Of a stretch of DNA of 64,000 bases, positions 12,090 to 24,009 are shown in pieces. Numbering within the stretch: the stretch's first letter is position 1; the number at the start of each line of letters is the position of its first letter. The position numbers and the translations under genes were made by a program. The DNA comes from Prorocentrum cordatum. Its lineage: Eukaryota. The notes beneath the pieces are model-generated. The model ran no database searches, had not been told where the DNA came from, and worked only from the letters and a program-made list of their open reading frames with translations. Location: the NCBI GenBank assembly GCA_963575745.1, contig CAUYUJ010000001.1:310001-374000 (forward strand), read 5' to 3'.

Positions 12090-12191
12090 TTATTTGGCAC
12101 CCTCTATGATCTTTGACCATTTTGGATTTTGTTTTGCATCTTTTTCATATTTCGTCAAAAGACCGCCTGTAAGGGGACATGCCCGACCTAG
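12090..12191 (-). mobile_element. MITE family A, partial copy
   Basis: CCGCCTGTAAGGGGACATGCCCGACCTA (12163-12190) is the reverse complement of the family A left end; the inner boundary is approximate. Confidence 0.7.
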
Positions 12192-12242
12192 CCGTACAAT
12201 AAGGACACACGATAAGGATGCAAGGGCTTTGGAAGACCATGT

Positions 12243-12402
12243 TTGCGTCGGGCATGTTCTCCCTACAGGCGGATTTGGGGCGATCATGGAAAATAACAGG
12301 GAAATGCTCAAACATAGTTATACGATAATCGAAAAATGGCCCCCAGACTAATTTTTGACTACGTTTGAATTTTCCTCCTGTAGAGGGACAAGCCCGACTT
12401 AA
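12243..12402 (+). mobile_element. MITE family A, 8-bp TSD
   Basis: TIRs present; flanks GACCATGT / GGCCATGT (7/8). Confidence 0.9.
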
Positions 12403-13959
12403 GGCCATGTCGGCACTGTGCGAGGATTCAGTTTTCGGGTTATACCTCGGGTCTCTGGCGGCCGTTCGGGACGACCCTGGCATCCCCGAAACGCTCTCTG
12501 CGAGGCGCAGCCGCTGGAACGCATCCCGAGGCCAGAAATCTGCCGAGAGCGGTCGCCAAAAATTATTTCCTCCTCCTCCTCCACCTCCAAGGATGCAAGG
12601 GTAACCCAGGACGGTTGCTCGTCCTTACTGTGCGAGTTGACTGTGCATTGGGGGTCCCCCCTCCGACGGCACCCCACAAGGACGACAATCGGGGATATAC
12701 TGACCAGGGTCGATCCAAACCAGGGTCCGTCGGGCGTTGCCGGATCCTGCAAAATCCTGCAGGATCCTGTGATATCCTGGCCCTCCCTGACCCCGGTTGC
12801 ATTGAACCCCGTCTCTTGAGCCCCGAGACAAGGGCCATGGGGAGGCCACACCGGCGAGCCTCCATCCCGAAAACGCTTCGGGACCTACCGAGGAGGCCTC
12901 CTGCGGCGGCGCAGGGCGCCGCGGCCTTGCCACCAGCGCCGGTGCGCACCTTGGGCGTTAGTTGAGGGGGGGCGATACATGAGGGGGGGAGAACCCAGAA
13001 CGCCTCGCGTCACGGAAAAAACACGACGGGGAGTTTTTCGCTGTTTTCGGCCTCCGGGGCCCCCCCACCAGGCCTCGGGGCCGTCGAAAAAGACTCAGGA
13101 TGAGAAGCCAGTCCCCGGGGGGTCGAGACTCCTGGGGGTCGACGTCATGAAAAAATCATGACGCTGGGGTCTAGGAAACTTGCACCCGTCGTGAATCCCT
13201 TTGGGGCCCCGCGGGGCCCCTTCAAGGCACAAAGGTGCATTCCCGCCCCCTTTTCCTTTCTGGCACCCCCCCTTGCTCGACGCCCGACGGCGATGTGATT
13301 TGTTCAGCCCTGGGGACGGGCTCGGGAACTCCGAGGCCGTGGAATGCGAAAATCATGTCGGTGGATGTCAGGGATCAGGGGTCCTCGCGGAACCGCTGCG
13401 GCCCGCTGGGCCTCGTGAGGGGCGACGGGCCTGGCCAGCGGAGGCGAGCTCGTGGCCTCGTGGCCCCGCTCTGGGCGCCATCTGGGCCGCTCGGGGAGAG
13501 CCGGGGCCCCGACGAGCCGCGCCGCATGAGTTTGGCGATCGAGGTTCGTGCATTGAGAAGCCGCCCTCGTCCTCCTCCCCCTCCTCCTCCTCCTCCTCCT
13601 CCCCCTCCTCCTCCTCCTCCTCCTCCTCCTCCTCCTCCTCTCGAACTTCGATCTTCGATCCAAAAACCTCGATCCTCCAACTCCTCCTCCTCCTCCTCCT
13701 CCTCTCCTCCTCCTCCTCCTCCTCCAACGGCTGGGCTGGGCGCGAATTCGTGGGGGGCGACACGGGGGGAGGGGGGGGGGGGAAAAAGGTGCCCTCTCCG
13801 GGCTCTGCAGGGCCTCCCTCTGGCCCCCAACCAGGGGGCCCGAGAGGGCTTCTTTTCGGCGGCCCTCGCTGGCCCCCCCCGTCGGCGTCCCGCCACCAGG
13901 CGCCCCCCACAACGGGGAGAGCAGGAGAACACTCGGCGCTGCACTCTGCCTGGTTTTGG

Positions 13960-14150
13960 GGGCGCGCAGGCACGGATTGGCGATCCACAGATTTGGCGCG
14001 CGGTCGCCAAATCCATGGATCGGGGCAGGTGCCCTTCCCACAGTGCGACCGTTGTCGCCTCGTTCGGCGGCGGAGATCCGCGATTTCGCATGGAAGCGGG
14101 ACACGTTGCTGATCCACGCCCCCTTGATCCATGTTTGCGATCGCCTGACT
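13960..14150 (+). repeat. Dispersed ~190-bp repeat (second copy 15205-15393)
   Basis: GGCGCGCA..CACGGATT.GCGATCCA..GATTTGGCGCGC..CGCCAAATCCATGGAT...ATCCATGTTTGCGATCGCCTGA is shared; internal hairpin GATTTGGCG/CGCCAAATC. Confidence 0.85.
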
Positions 14151-14975
14151 GGTTGCCCCCTGCTCCGTGAACCTCTCAAACGCCCAGGCGGAACCCCCTC
14201 CGCCCGAGCCGCGCCTTCACGGTCCAGCCGTGGAACTGGAATTCCGCGTCGCGCAGGACCTGCTGTGCCGTCGCCACGCTTTCAAGTTGAATGGGAGCGG
14301 GACTACTCCCTCCTCCTCCTCCTCCTCCTCCTCCTCCTCCTCCTCCTCCTCCTCCTCCTCCTCCTCCTCCTCCTCCTCCTCCTCCCCTATGAGAGCCATG
14401 CCTATTAGTGAACACCTGCTCACACAAAGACGGTGAGCTGGGAGCACTTCGCGATGAGCAAAGGCCACGGGCAGACGCAACACACTGTGTGAGAGGTCAC
14501 GTTTTCATTATACGCATACAGTGCTACAACCAAATGGCAACATCAATTACACGGACCTGTGCGTGTCAGGCATCTTGCCAAGGATCAATCAAAGCGTAAC
14601 ATTCGGATTTGCGTAACGTGGCTTGCGTCTGCTATATGCTCCGCTAGCGCAAGCGAACACAGCGCACAATGACAACCATTGCAGTGACGACCGCATGACC
14701 AACAGATGCTATCTCGATGCGCCGAGCAAATTTCCCGACGCTTCGGCGCGCCCAACCACAACCGTGGGTGCTCCGACCGCAGTCCACACGGCGAGGAAGA
14801 TCTTCAAGTTCAGCGCAGTCCCGAACTCCCCACCTCATCCCGCCCACAAACTGACATCTTCCCGTGTTCTCTTCCGAAGGGAGGAGGAAAACATGTAGAC
14901 AAACTCCACCGCCGTGCCCCCCTGGCAAGTTGAGGCGTGGTAGAATGCCAAGTAGTGCATGGGAGGGTTTCTATA

Positions 14976-15196
14976 CAGTGGAGGACCCTGCCTCCCTGTT
15001 TGGGGGGTCAGGGCTGGGAACGGCTCCAAGATAACACCCAATCAGCCGATAGCAGCAGCAGCATACAGTGGAGGCAGGACGTCCCTTGATCGTTGGTGCG
15101 GTTACGTCAAGCCTTCCACAGCCAAACCATCGAAACCCAAGAAACCTGGGGCACCCTGGAGGCAAGCAAGGTGCTTCTTGGCATGGGCCTCCACTG
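14976..15196. mobile_element. Tc1/mariner-type MITE (TA-flanked, CAGTGGAGG termini)
   Basis: TA-CAGTGGAGGACCCTGCC ... GGCATGGGCCTCCACTG-TA; a related right end occurs at ~17650-17698. Confidence 0.65.
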
Positions 15197-16326
15197 TAAT
15201 CGGTGGCGCGCAAACACGGATTAGCGATCCATGGATTTGGCGCGCGTCCGCCAAATCCATGGATTCGGGGGAGGTGTTCTCCCCAAAATGCGGCCAGTGC
15301 CGCCTCGCTCGGCGGCGGGAATCCTCGGTTTCCCATGGAAACGGGACCTGTCGCTAATCCACGCCCCTTTAATCCATGTTTGCGATCGCCTGATGTAAAC
15401 CCTCCAGTGTTCGCTCTGCCTCCGCCGCGCGCGTCGCCCCCTCCCGAGGCTCCCCGGGCCGCCCCGATGCCCGCGGCTTCCCAGACGGCCCCGAAGGCCA
15501 AAAGCGGCGCTGCCAGGATGGGCCGACCAACAGCTCCCAAAGAGATCCCACGGGACACCCAAGTGGCCCCCACGACACCTCCAGGAGGTCTTCGGGAGGG
15601 CAAACGCATTCATTGATTGCCCCGACGGCTCTTCAATTGCTTTTCGCGTTCCGGGCTCCTCGTCCGAGTCCGCCACCGTGCCCTCCCGACATGTTAAGGC
15701 GCAGTAGAAGGCGCTAAGTGCAGTCGGGGCTGATTGGAAAGGACACGCGAGAGGACACAAGACCCTTCGGAGGGCCACATTGCCACAGGAATGCAGAAGG
15801 CATGGGTCGCGAAACACACAGGACACATGGGTACTCTTGATTTGGCAGGGCCGACCTACTAATCAGCCTCGACTGTACTGTCTGGTAGGGTTCCTGCAGT
15901 CCTCTGGGGGAACCCAAAGCCCTCCGGGCCACGGAGTGCTGCATGCACCGCCCGCCCCTCCGCCCGAGGCCTCCCGGGCACACGGACGCCTCCCTGGCGC
16001 TGTCCAGGCCTCTTCGTGGCTTCTAGGGCGGCCCAGGCAAGCCACCGAGGCCGCCGAGACTGCCCAAGAGGCCTCCACGACGGCCGAAAGTTTCCCAAGA
16101 TGGTCTCAAGACGGCCCAGGGAGCCACCAAAACGGCCCAAAAGGGCTCCACGAGGACCTCCCAACAGATCCGACGCGGTCAAACTCATGGATGCCCCGCA
16201 CGTGTGCTTCTTTGTTTTCCAACTGATGTTCGAATTCTCGACTTTTCGGGCTTCCGTCAGCCCAGGACGGCCCACGATGGCCTCCAACATTGCCTGAAAA
16301 CGGACCCGCTCCCCAAACATACCCAT

Positions 16327-16490
16327 CGGTCGGAAGTAGGTAGAAACATGAAATTGGAAGGCGTTGAGGGCAGATTGGGTTTCCGCCCGCCCCCGAACGG
16401 AAAAGGTGAAGCCACTCGATCATTGGAGTAGGAAGGCGCCTAAAGTAGATTGGAATCTGGAAATCCACAAATACCTACTTTCAACGACCG
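16327..16490. mobile_element. MITE-like element (related partial copy ~38047-38184)
   Basis: TCGGTCGGAAGTAGGTA ... TACCTACTTTCAACGACCGA inverted ends; the body is shared with 38047-38184. Confidence 0.6.
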
Positions 16491-18262
16491 ATGGGCAATA
16501 GGAACACATCAGTGAAACCGCAGGGACAGCCTCTGGAGCTAGCCTAGGCATGCAGCGGCCCAGCCAAGCCGCTGCACCCAAACTGGCAGCCCATAACAAG
16601 GCACGAAAGCCGTACCTGCGGCCAAGCATGGCCAAGCCGCAAGGCTCGCAAGGCCCCAAAGGCCCCCAAGACGTTCAAGACCCCCAAGATGGCCCAAGAG
16701 ACCTCCAAGACGGCGAAACGAGGCCCTAAGATGGCCAAATAGACCCCACATTCGTTCCTTCAGGACCCCACGAGGGCCCCAAGACGGCCCATGAAGGTCT
16801 CAAGACGGACTCCGAGGGCGCCAGAAGGCCCAGGCGCGCCCTAAGACAGACGACGGAGTTCCGAAGACGCCCCCAAGATAGAAAAACTACGAGAAGGACT
16901 AACAGAAGGAGGAGGAGGAGGAGGAGGAGGAGGAGGAAAAACAGCAGGAGGTGGAGGAGGAGGAGGAGGAGGAGGAGCAGGAGCAGGAGCAGGAGGAGGA
17001 GCAGGAGGAAGAGGGGGAAACTAACGACGAACACGAAGAGAGGCACGCCGACACGGACCGGAAGCGCGCACGAGATGTCAAACGTGACGGCTCCCCGCGT
17101 GCCCGTCGAGCAATCAGGGGCCACTGATCGGCGGCGAAACCCGGAGGAAGTGAGAAGAAAAAAACCTTCTCAGAAGGCTCGACAATCCCCTGGCCTTCTG
17201 AGACATTGTTCTAAGCCTTTCCGGAAAATGCACAAAACCTCCCAGAGATCGCAAAGGCTTCGAAGAAGGCTCGCCGTCTTCTGTGAAGGCCATTTCCGTG
17301 TCGCTTCCCCCCTGGCTCGCCGCCGAAAAGAATGCAAAGAGGCCCCTCGACGGCTCAACGTTTCCCACAAAAGGCCTCCAGCTGGCCTGAAATAAAGCCT
17401 CGGGAAAGATCCGGCTCGGCCTGAAACGCCGCGCAGACGGCCTCGCTGCCGCGATGGCGGATTTGCCGCAGGCACAATGACCAGGGAACGCAGAGGCGGA
17501 GGTAATGATAATAATACGCGTGCACGAGGCATTCGACCACAAGACATCTTCTACAATAAACCCAGTCCTGACACCCCCATGACGCCTGTTGATTTTGGTG
17601 CGGGGGCGTCGGGCTCTCCGTAGCCAAATCATCGGACCCAAAAAACCCAGTGCACCCTAGAGGCAAGCGGGGTGTTTCTTGGCATGGGCTTCCACTGTGC
17701 GTGGCCGAGTTCGGAAACCCAGAAACTTATTTGCCAGAAGAACGGGATCCTCAGCAAATGCGGGGCGTGAAACTGATACAACATGGGTCTCGTCACTGCT
17801 CTGGACTTCTTGTATCGACATGGGGGGGGGGGGTATCCGTTAAGCTGATATGTGCAAGATATGTGTGCAAAGGATGGGGGGACGACGGCGCGGTGACGAC
17901 CCGGCGCGCTCCCTTTCACACGCGCGCAGCTAGCCCGCGGTGCCAGCTCGTTCCTTCGACCGCATATATCTGCGAAGGCGCAAGATGGCGCAACGGCAGC
18001 GGGCGGTGGCGGCGGCGCAGAGACGGCGGAGGAAGATGCTGAACAACTCCCCCCGCGGCGGAATGCGTGGGCCCTTGACTCCCCTCGGACCTCCGCGGTT
18101 TCGCGGCGCCCCCAAGGACTTGGCCCCCCCTGGCGCCAACCCCGGAAAACTTTTACGGCGCCGAGGGGGGGGGGGGGGGGAGGCGCATGCAACTGCCGTT
18201 TGAGCTCCCTCGAGGAGGGCCGAAGCAGACCGACGAATGCCACGCCTGAACAGTGCTCCGCA

Positions 18263-21200
18263 TCACAAGTGAACGCAGATGTTCGGGATCTGAAACTTTG
18301 TCCCGATCTTATCGAGCAGGTAGGTGTAACGCCTGTTGGCGGGGCCTCGTCTTCTTCTCTGCATGCGCCGACGGCTGAAATGCGCGTTGTGCTCGCTGGC
18401 GTACATATATTGCCACTTCTGGTCAGCGGTGTCGAGGACCCATTGGGCTCCGTTCCTCGCGCGACAATGCTGGAATGCGTCCTCGCCGCTGGCGCCCGCG
18501 GCATCGCGGTTCCCGCGGATCTCCGAGCCAGCTCGGCTCGGCGCCAGCGTGCGTGAGCTCCGCCAGCAGAAGAAGAACGCGCCAGACTTCCTGACCGCAA
18601 CGCATCTGCTTCGCCGCGCGCGCAGTCGGCCCACCCCCTGCGTCTCGGTGCAGCAGGGGGGCCCGGGCACGGCGGCGCGCCCGCGCGCGCGCGGACCGCG
18701 GCTCCGGCCCCGCGGCGCCGACGGCGGCGCAGGCCGCGCGGAGCGGCGAAGCGGCTGCCCAGGTGGCGATGGACGCCGCAGGCGCCGCCCATCGGCGGCC
18801 GCAGCAGTCGGCGCGGGCAGCAGCGCCGCAACACTTTGGAAGACACGTTCGTCACCGGCTGAGCCGGTGGCATCGCTGGCAACAGGCTCTGTCCCCACTG
18901 CTCCCCGAGGCCCAGCGTGAGTGGAGCCGCCGGCTGAGCTGGCAGCGTCCTCCATCGCGTTCTTTGACCCAAGGGTGCCATCCGCGGGCGCTCCGACGGC
19001 TTGCACCGACGGTTCTGCATCAACAGCGCTGGGCGCGTTCTGAACTCGAAGGTCAATCGGCGCCTAACTTCCACAGTAGCTGCGGCGACGCGCATATAGG
19101 CGCCAATGGGAATGCCGATATTGGTTGAGCAATGTGCCCCCAAATTCGGCGTGATCGCCGGTCTTCTCCTCGCCCCATTCGACCTGGCTCTCAAATTCGA
19201 TGGTGCAGGCCTGGATCAGGCGCGAGACGTTCCGTATCTTGGATCTGAGGATGAACCCCAAATCCTGTTTGTACTGCTCTACCAAATCTGTGGTTTTGAC
19301 AGCCTCTCTTATCTCTGCGTCTGATGCGCAAACGTCCCTCCTCCTTCGATTGGAGCAATGTCCTGGTCCATGAATCTTCCGAGACGACTGGTCAATCCTG
19401 GAAAGCCGCGTACCGTTGTCCTGCAGTGCAACCTGCAATGCATTCTCGAACGATGCCTGAGATCCTAAACCATCTCACGCCACGCGTATGGTCAGTTATC
19501 GTTTGGTCACAGACATCTACAATCCATGTTGTGCATGTTGCTAGAAGACTGCGGCGCCGACACTCTCCCCTTCCATCAAATGTTCCATCATGTATTGACG
19601 TGAGACCTTCGTTGCAGTGCACGCAGATGTTGAGACGGCGATCGCCGCAATTGGGTCAGTAAAAATAAATACGCTGGATCTTGATATCGTAGTTTCCATT
19701 TGAAAGACCATCCTCTGGTATTGTGTCTTTGGCGAATGTCGCCTCTGCGCGTGCAAGTTTGAACAGGGGCAGATCATCTGCGTCGTCTCCGTCGCAATGT
19801 GTTTTGATGGGCGGGTCGGCCGCGGGAAGTTGTGCGCGCCGCGGATCTGGGCCCATCGGGCGCATGTCTGCTTCGTGGAATGTTGCTCGCGCGGGCCCAG
19901 TGCTCATCGAGACATCTTCTCGCCTCGCAGATTTCGACGCGCGATGAGGGTGGCCCCCGAACCCCTTCGTGTTCGTTGCCGGGTAATCCGTCGACGAATC
20001 GAGCGCGGGCGATGGCTGGGCCTCGCGCGCGTGAGTAGGTCCCCGCCAGCCAGGAAGCGGCAGGGGGATCAGTTCCATCTGCCGTCAATCCACCCCCCAA
20101 GGTCTCCCGCCTTGCTACGGGAGGAACTTTTGAACTTGGTCATCTTTAGCTCCTGCCCGGGCAAGTGCAGCCAGCGGCTGGCGCGACGAAGGCGAGGCAG
20201 TCTGGGCAATGTGCTGCCAGAAGACGGACCGCCAATCAGCGAGCGACCTTCGTGCCGCGTGCCATTCCTCTCCCATTTATGATGCGCCAAGAACCTTCCT
20301 TTGCTGGGCGCAAGTTGGCGGAAGTATGGTTCGCGGCGCGCGGGCGGCTCGTCGTCGGCTTCCTCGGCCCTCCGCGATGGGGCAAAACTGGGCTCTGTAG
20401 CGAGATGAGTAATGCCTGCCTTCGATATTATGAGTCGCGTCTCTGCCTTCCCAGTCCACTGCGCATTGCGCGTGTCGAACTCCGTCGCGTTGAAGTTGGC
20501 CGCCATCTGAGTGTTCTCCTGCAGCGCGCGCCCCTCGTGATTGTTGCATTTTTCTTTTGCGGACTGAACGTGCCGCGCGAGGCCTTTCCTCTGAAGACAG
20601 AAACCGATCGTTGCATTCGGCCGCGGTCCACGACGCGCGCGCGTGGCGGGGCCTCGAGGCAGTTGTCTTTCAGCGCGGACAACAACCAAACCCTGGACGA
20701 AGGCCGTGTACGTTCGCGCAGACACATCGTCCTCTACCCGTCCACTGGCGATTGTAAAGCTCGCGAACTGCATCTTGAATGGCGCCATCGCCGCCAATCA
20801 GGCGGAACTGTTCGTCGGAAGGGAGATGGGTGATGATGTGATCGGGATCAAACGACCTCAAACTTGACCCACTTATGATCGCACGGCGCAATTCCTTGGA
20901 CATCTTCGCCGCGTTGAATGGCGACGACCATGGTAACCCCAACCCATGTCGGTCTCTGCCTAGAAACCAAAACAAAACTAAGAGTCACCGCGGATTTGTT
21001 TAGATGCATCTCATCGTCGAAACCAATGCCCCCCGCGCTGCGCCTGGTGCTCCGGGTGTACTGGCCAAAGTTTGCCAGCTACCTCTGGGTCAAATATCCC
21101 TAACGACGAACGCTCGGCGCGCCGTGGGCGGGCGGTCGTCGACGGATTGCCCCCGCGAGCTGAGCCAGTGGGGGATCGCGCCACTATCGCACCCCGATGA

Positions 21201-23515
21201 AGCATCACGGGGGGCAGTCGCAACAAAGTGTAATCAGGGCTTGAGAACAATCCCCAACTCTTCGCAGGGGAACGCACGTCTCCCTCTTGCGATTGGAGGA
21301 CGGCGTTCTTTGGCCTGACACGCGACAGCGGGCCGCGAGAAGATGACATGCAGATGTAGTCACATGGCGCAAACGCACGACTTATTCCTACGACGCAAAT
21401 GGAATGACCCTGGGTGGCCCGGATCAACGCAGGAATCGGGAATGCCCGACTATCCTCGTTATTCCTCGTGCAACGTGCTTATTATCACATGCAAGCGCCC
21501 CAATCTTTCGCTGGGCGTTGCCAATCAAGGGGTGGCGACTTGCCTGGTCACCGGAGATCATGACGCCATTTAGCGATAGCAAGGATCTTCCGTGCATCGC
21601 CCGAGCCGCGATCTGGCGATCGAATTTATCTCTGCGCAGTTTACAGAGGGCGCCACTTAGTGGACACCATCCCCCCGAGTTCCTGACGCGGCATGAGCAG
21701 CGCCTGGGGCGATGCGCTATCAAAGTTCTACTGGTCGTGGTCTTCTTGCTCTCAATTTGGATGAGCGTTTCCCAGGACTCTTCCGCGCCTGTTCCACTTT
21801 TATGATCATTGGGGGGCTGGCGATGATAGGGTGGAACTAAGCCCGCCAGAACGTCGTGCCAATCGTCGTCGCAAACCTAGTTGGAATCCGGATTTGTTCG
21901 TCTGTGTCGAACCCCTATCTGGGCATAGTTCCTCGAACATGCTGTCAATGATGCGAAAAAAGGATCCTGGGCGAATCGGGCTCTGTTATGCAACGTTTGG
22001 AATGTAATTTTCCCGATGGTTGCAAGATCGTTTGAAACCAATCCAGCACCATGTGCCAAATCAGAGCCCCTGTTTAGGATGTTCGGAGTCGCTCTGATCA
22101 CTGCAAGCTTTTCTTTTGGCCGTCTCTTCTTCTCGCCGTGCTCCACCATCGAATGGAAGATGCGAGGTTCTTCTCCGGACTTGACAACCTCTGCCGGGGG
22201 CAGCTGAACTGCCTCCGGGGGCGCAGAAGGGCCGACTCTGCAAAAATACTCGGGGCAGCACACCGGCCCCACGACCATGTCGCCTGCATCTTCGACAATT
22301 GTTTCATCCAGGTTCACAAAGTCAGCAGGGTCAGGTGCAGCGCTGGTTGAGCCGGCGCCGCCCCCCTCCACGGCTCCACGGCCATGAGCCCCTGGGCCGC
22401 AGCTTCAAATTATCCATGAATATCGGAAGCCGAACCTGGGGCGTCAGCAGACGCAGGCACTCCCATCTCAACGGCCTCGTTCACTTTTTCGGGCATGAGG
22501 TGAGATATTGGCTCCTTCTTCGAACGTGCATCGAATGCCCAACGATGCGAGCCTTTGAAAATTCATGCACTCTTTGCTTGGAACGTTCGCATACAAATGC
22601 GCTGTACAGCTTTTAAGGTCTCGTTTTCCGATATCGCAGATGGCCTTCATGAGTATTTTTTGCATCGTTGGACGGACTTGGCAACGACTCCAATTTCCTC
22701 CTGTTACATCTGGGGAGTGGACAAGGACGATGTCGACAACGCTCAGCATAACAATTAGTTCACGATTAACTTCGCCCAACCTCGTGTTACGTAATTGCAC
22801 CTTCCACATTGTCCCGGTATCCTTCTTTATGGGAGCCATTTCCTCGAATGCGCTTGCATGGGTTCCCCAAAGGTCCCGAATGTCAGCCGCATGTGACCAT
22901 ATGGATGGCGAGCTAACGGCTTGCCCTGCCGCTGCTGGCTGTACCTCGTTCGGGCTCCAGGTAGGTCCTGCGGTTGGGATTGCGCTGCCAACCCTGGTTG
23001 ACCCAGGATCGGTAGCATCTTCCATGACAACATCTGTTGACACTTCCCGCATCCGTTACAGCGCAACCTCCAGTTGAACTGGTGGCGGGCATTGACGGGG
23101 CCAGTCAATCCTCAGACGCGCCGGCATTGCGACCAACATTGGGTGGATTTGCCGGCGAGGAAGTCATAGGGCCAGGTAATGCGCCTGTGCTTGAACGGAT
23201 GCCAGTAGGAGGCGGTTCATAGACCGGCTTGGCCTCCTCTGGTTGCTGTTTCGCCTGCTCCAGGACAACCTGAGTTCGCGCCATCACGTTTTCGATTATT
23301 GCAGCAGTGGCTACATGTGTCAGAGCCGTCGCATCCCTGAAAGCAACATCGAGGGCCGCCAAAGAAGATGCTATCGGTTCTTGTTGAAGCCCCTCGCGAC
23401 CGCCGGCTGAGCTGGCGGCTTGCGGGTCCGTGTCCGACGATTCCGCCTCCGCGTCTCTCTCAGCCTGCTGCCTTAAATGCTCTCCGTCTGGGCCCCCTGT
23501 TTCCAGGAAGCTCAC
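18263..23515 (-). pseudogene. Decayed long polyprotein-like coding region, probably transposon-borne
   Basis: Chain of complex minus-strand ORF fragments; frames read through single stops (e.g. 21877-21879); the AASSAGG motif recurs near both ends (~18930 and ~23400). Confidence 0.5.
21190..21740 (-). pseudogene. kptA: Tpt1/KptA RNA 2'-phosphotransferase-like domain (degenerate)
   Basis: Ordered motifs SRTL..., NSGGWCPL (GGW 21667-21675), CDNK-[1-bp shift]-RC, ALIRATQGHS (IRATQGHS 21401-21424) and LPPVMLH (21197-21217) parallel the Tpt1 motifs LS..LRH, DGWV, K.RF, IRANQGHS and HGT. Confidence 0.6.
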
Positions 23516-23670
23516 GCGCCAATGTCCGCGAAGACGACACCGTTTTTATGAGAACGGGGGATTCTCAAGTGGCGGTCTGGAGGCCGACGCGCGCGACGAT
23601 TTACCCCCGAGGGGAGCGAGAGCGAGCGAGGGAGAAGGAGGGAGTGAGAGATAGGGAGGAGGCGGTGGAT

Positions 23671-23710
<40 letters not shown>

Positions 23711-24009
23711 GTATGCGGGAGAGAGAGAGGGAGAGAGAGAGAGAGAGAGGAAGGAGAAGCGAGGGAGAAACAGGCGAGAGAGGTAGCCCCTCCCCTCTCT
23801 CCTCCCCCTCCCCTCTCTCCTCCCCCCCCCCCACCTCCACCCCCCACCCGTCCGCCCCCCGAGCAGCACGCGGTGGCTTTTTTGGGGGGGGAAACAAAAC
23901 AAAAAAATCGGCGCAGGAACCATTTTTTTTTTTTTTCTTCTGCCCCCCCCTCCCCCCCAGGGCCACCCCCCACGCCCCCACCAAATTCCCCCCCCCCCGC
24001 TCCTACCCC

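Noticed and set aside
17618..17630. Dinoflagellate spliced-leader relic (CCGTAGCCA)
   Set aside because: Only the first 9 nt match; TTTTGGCTCAAG is absent.
17629..19194. 521-aa ORF as an intact gene
   Set aside because: GC-rich, Arg/Ala/Pro-biased and without motifs; the protein-like segments here lie mostly in other frames.
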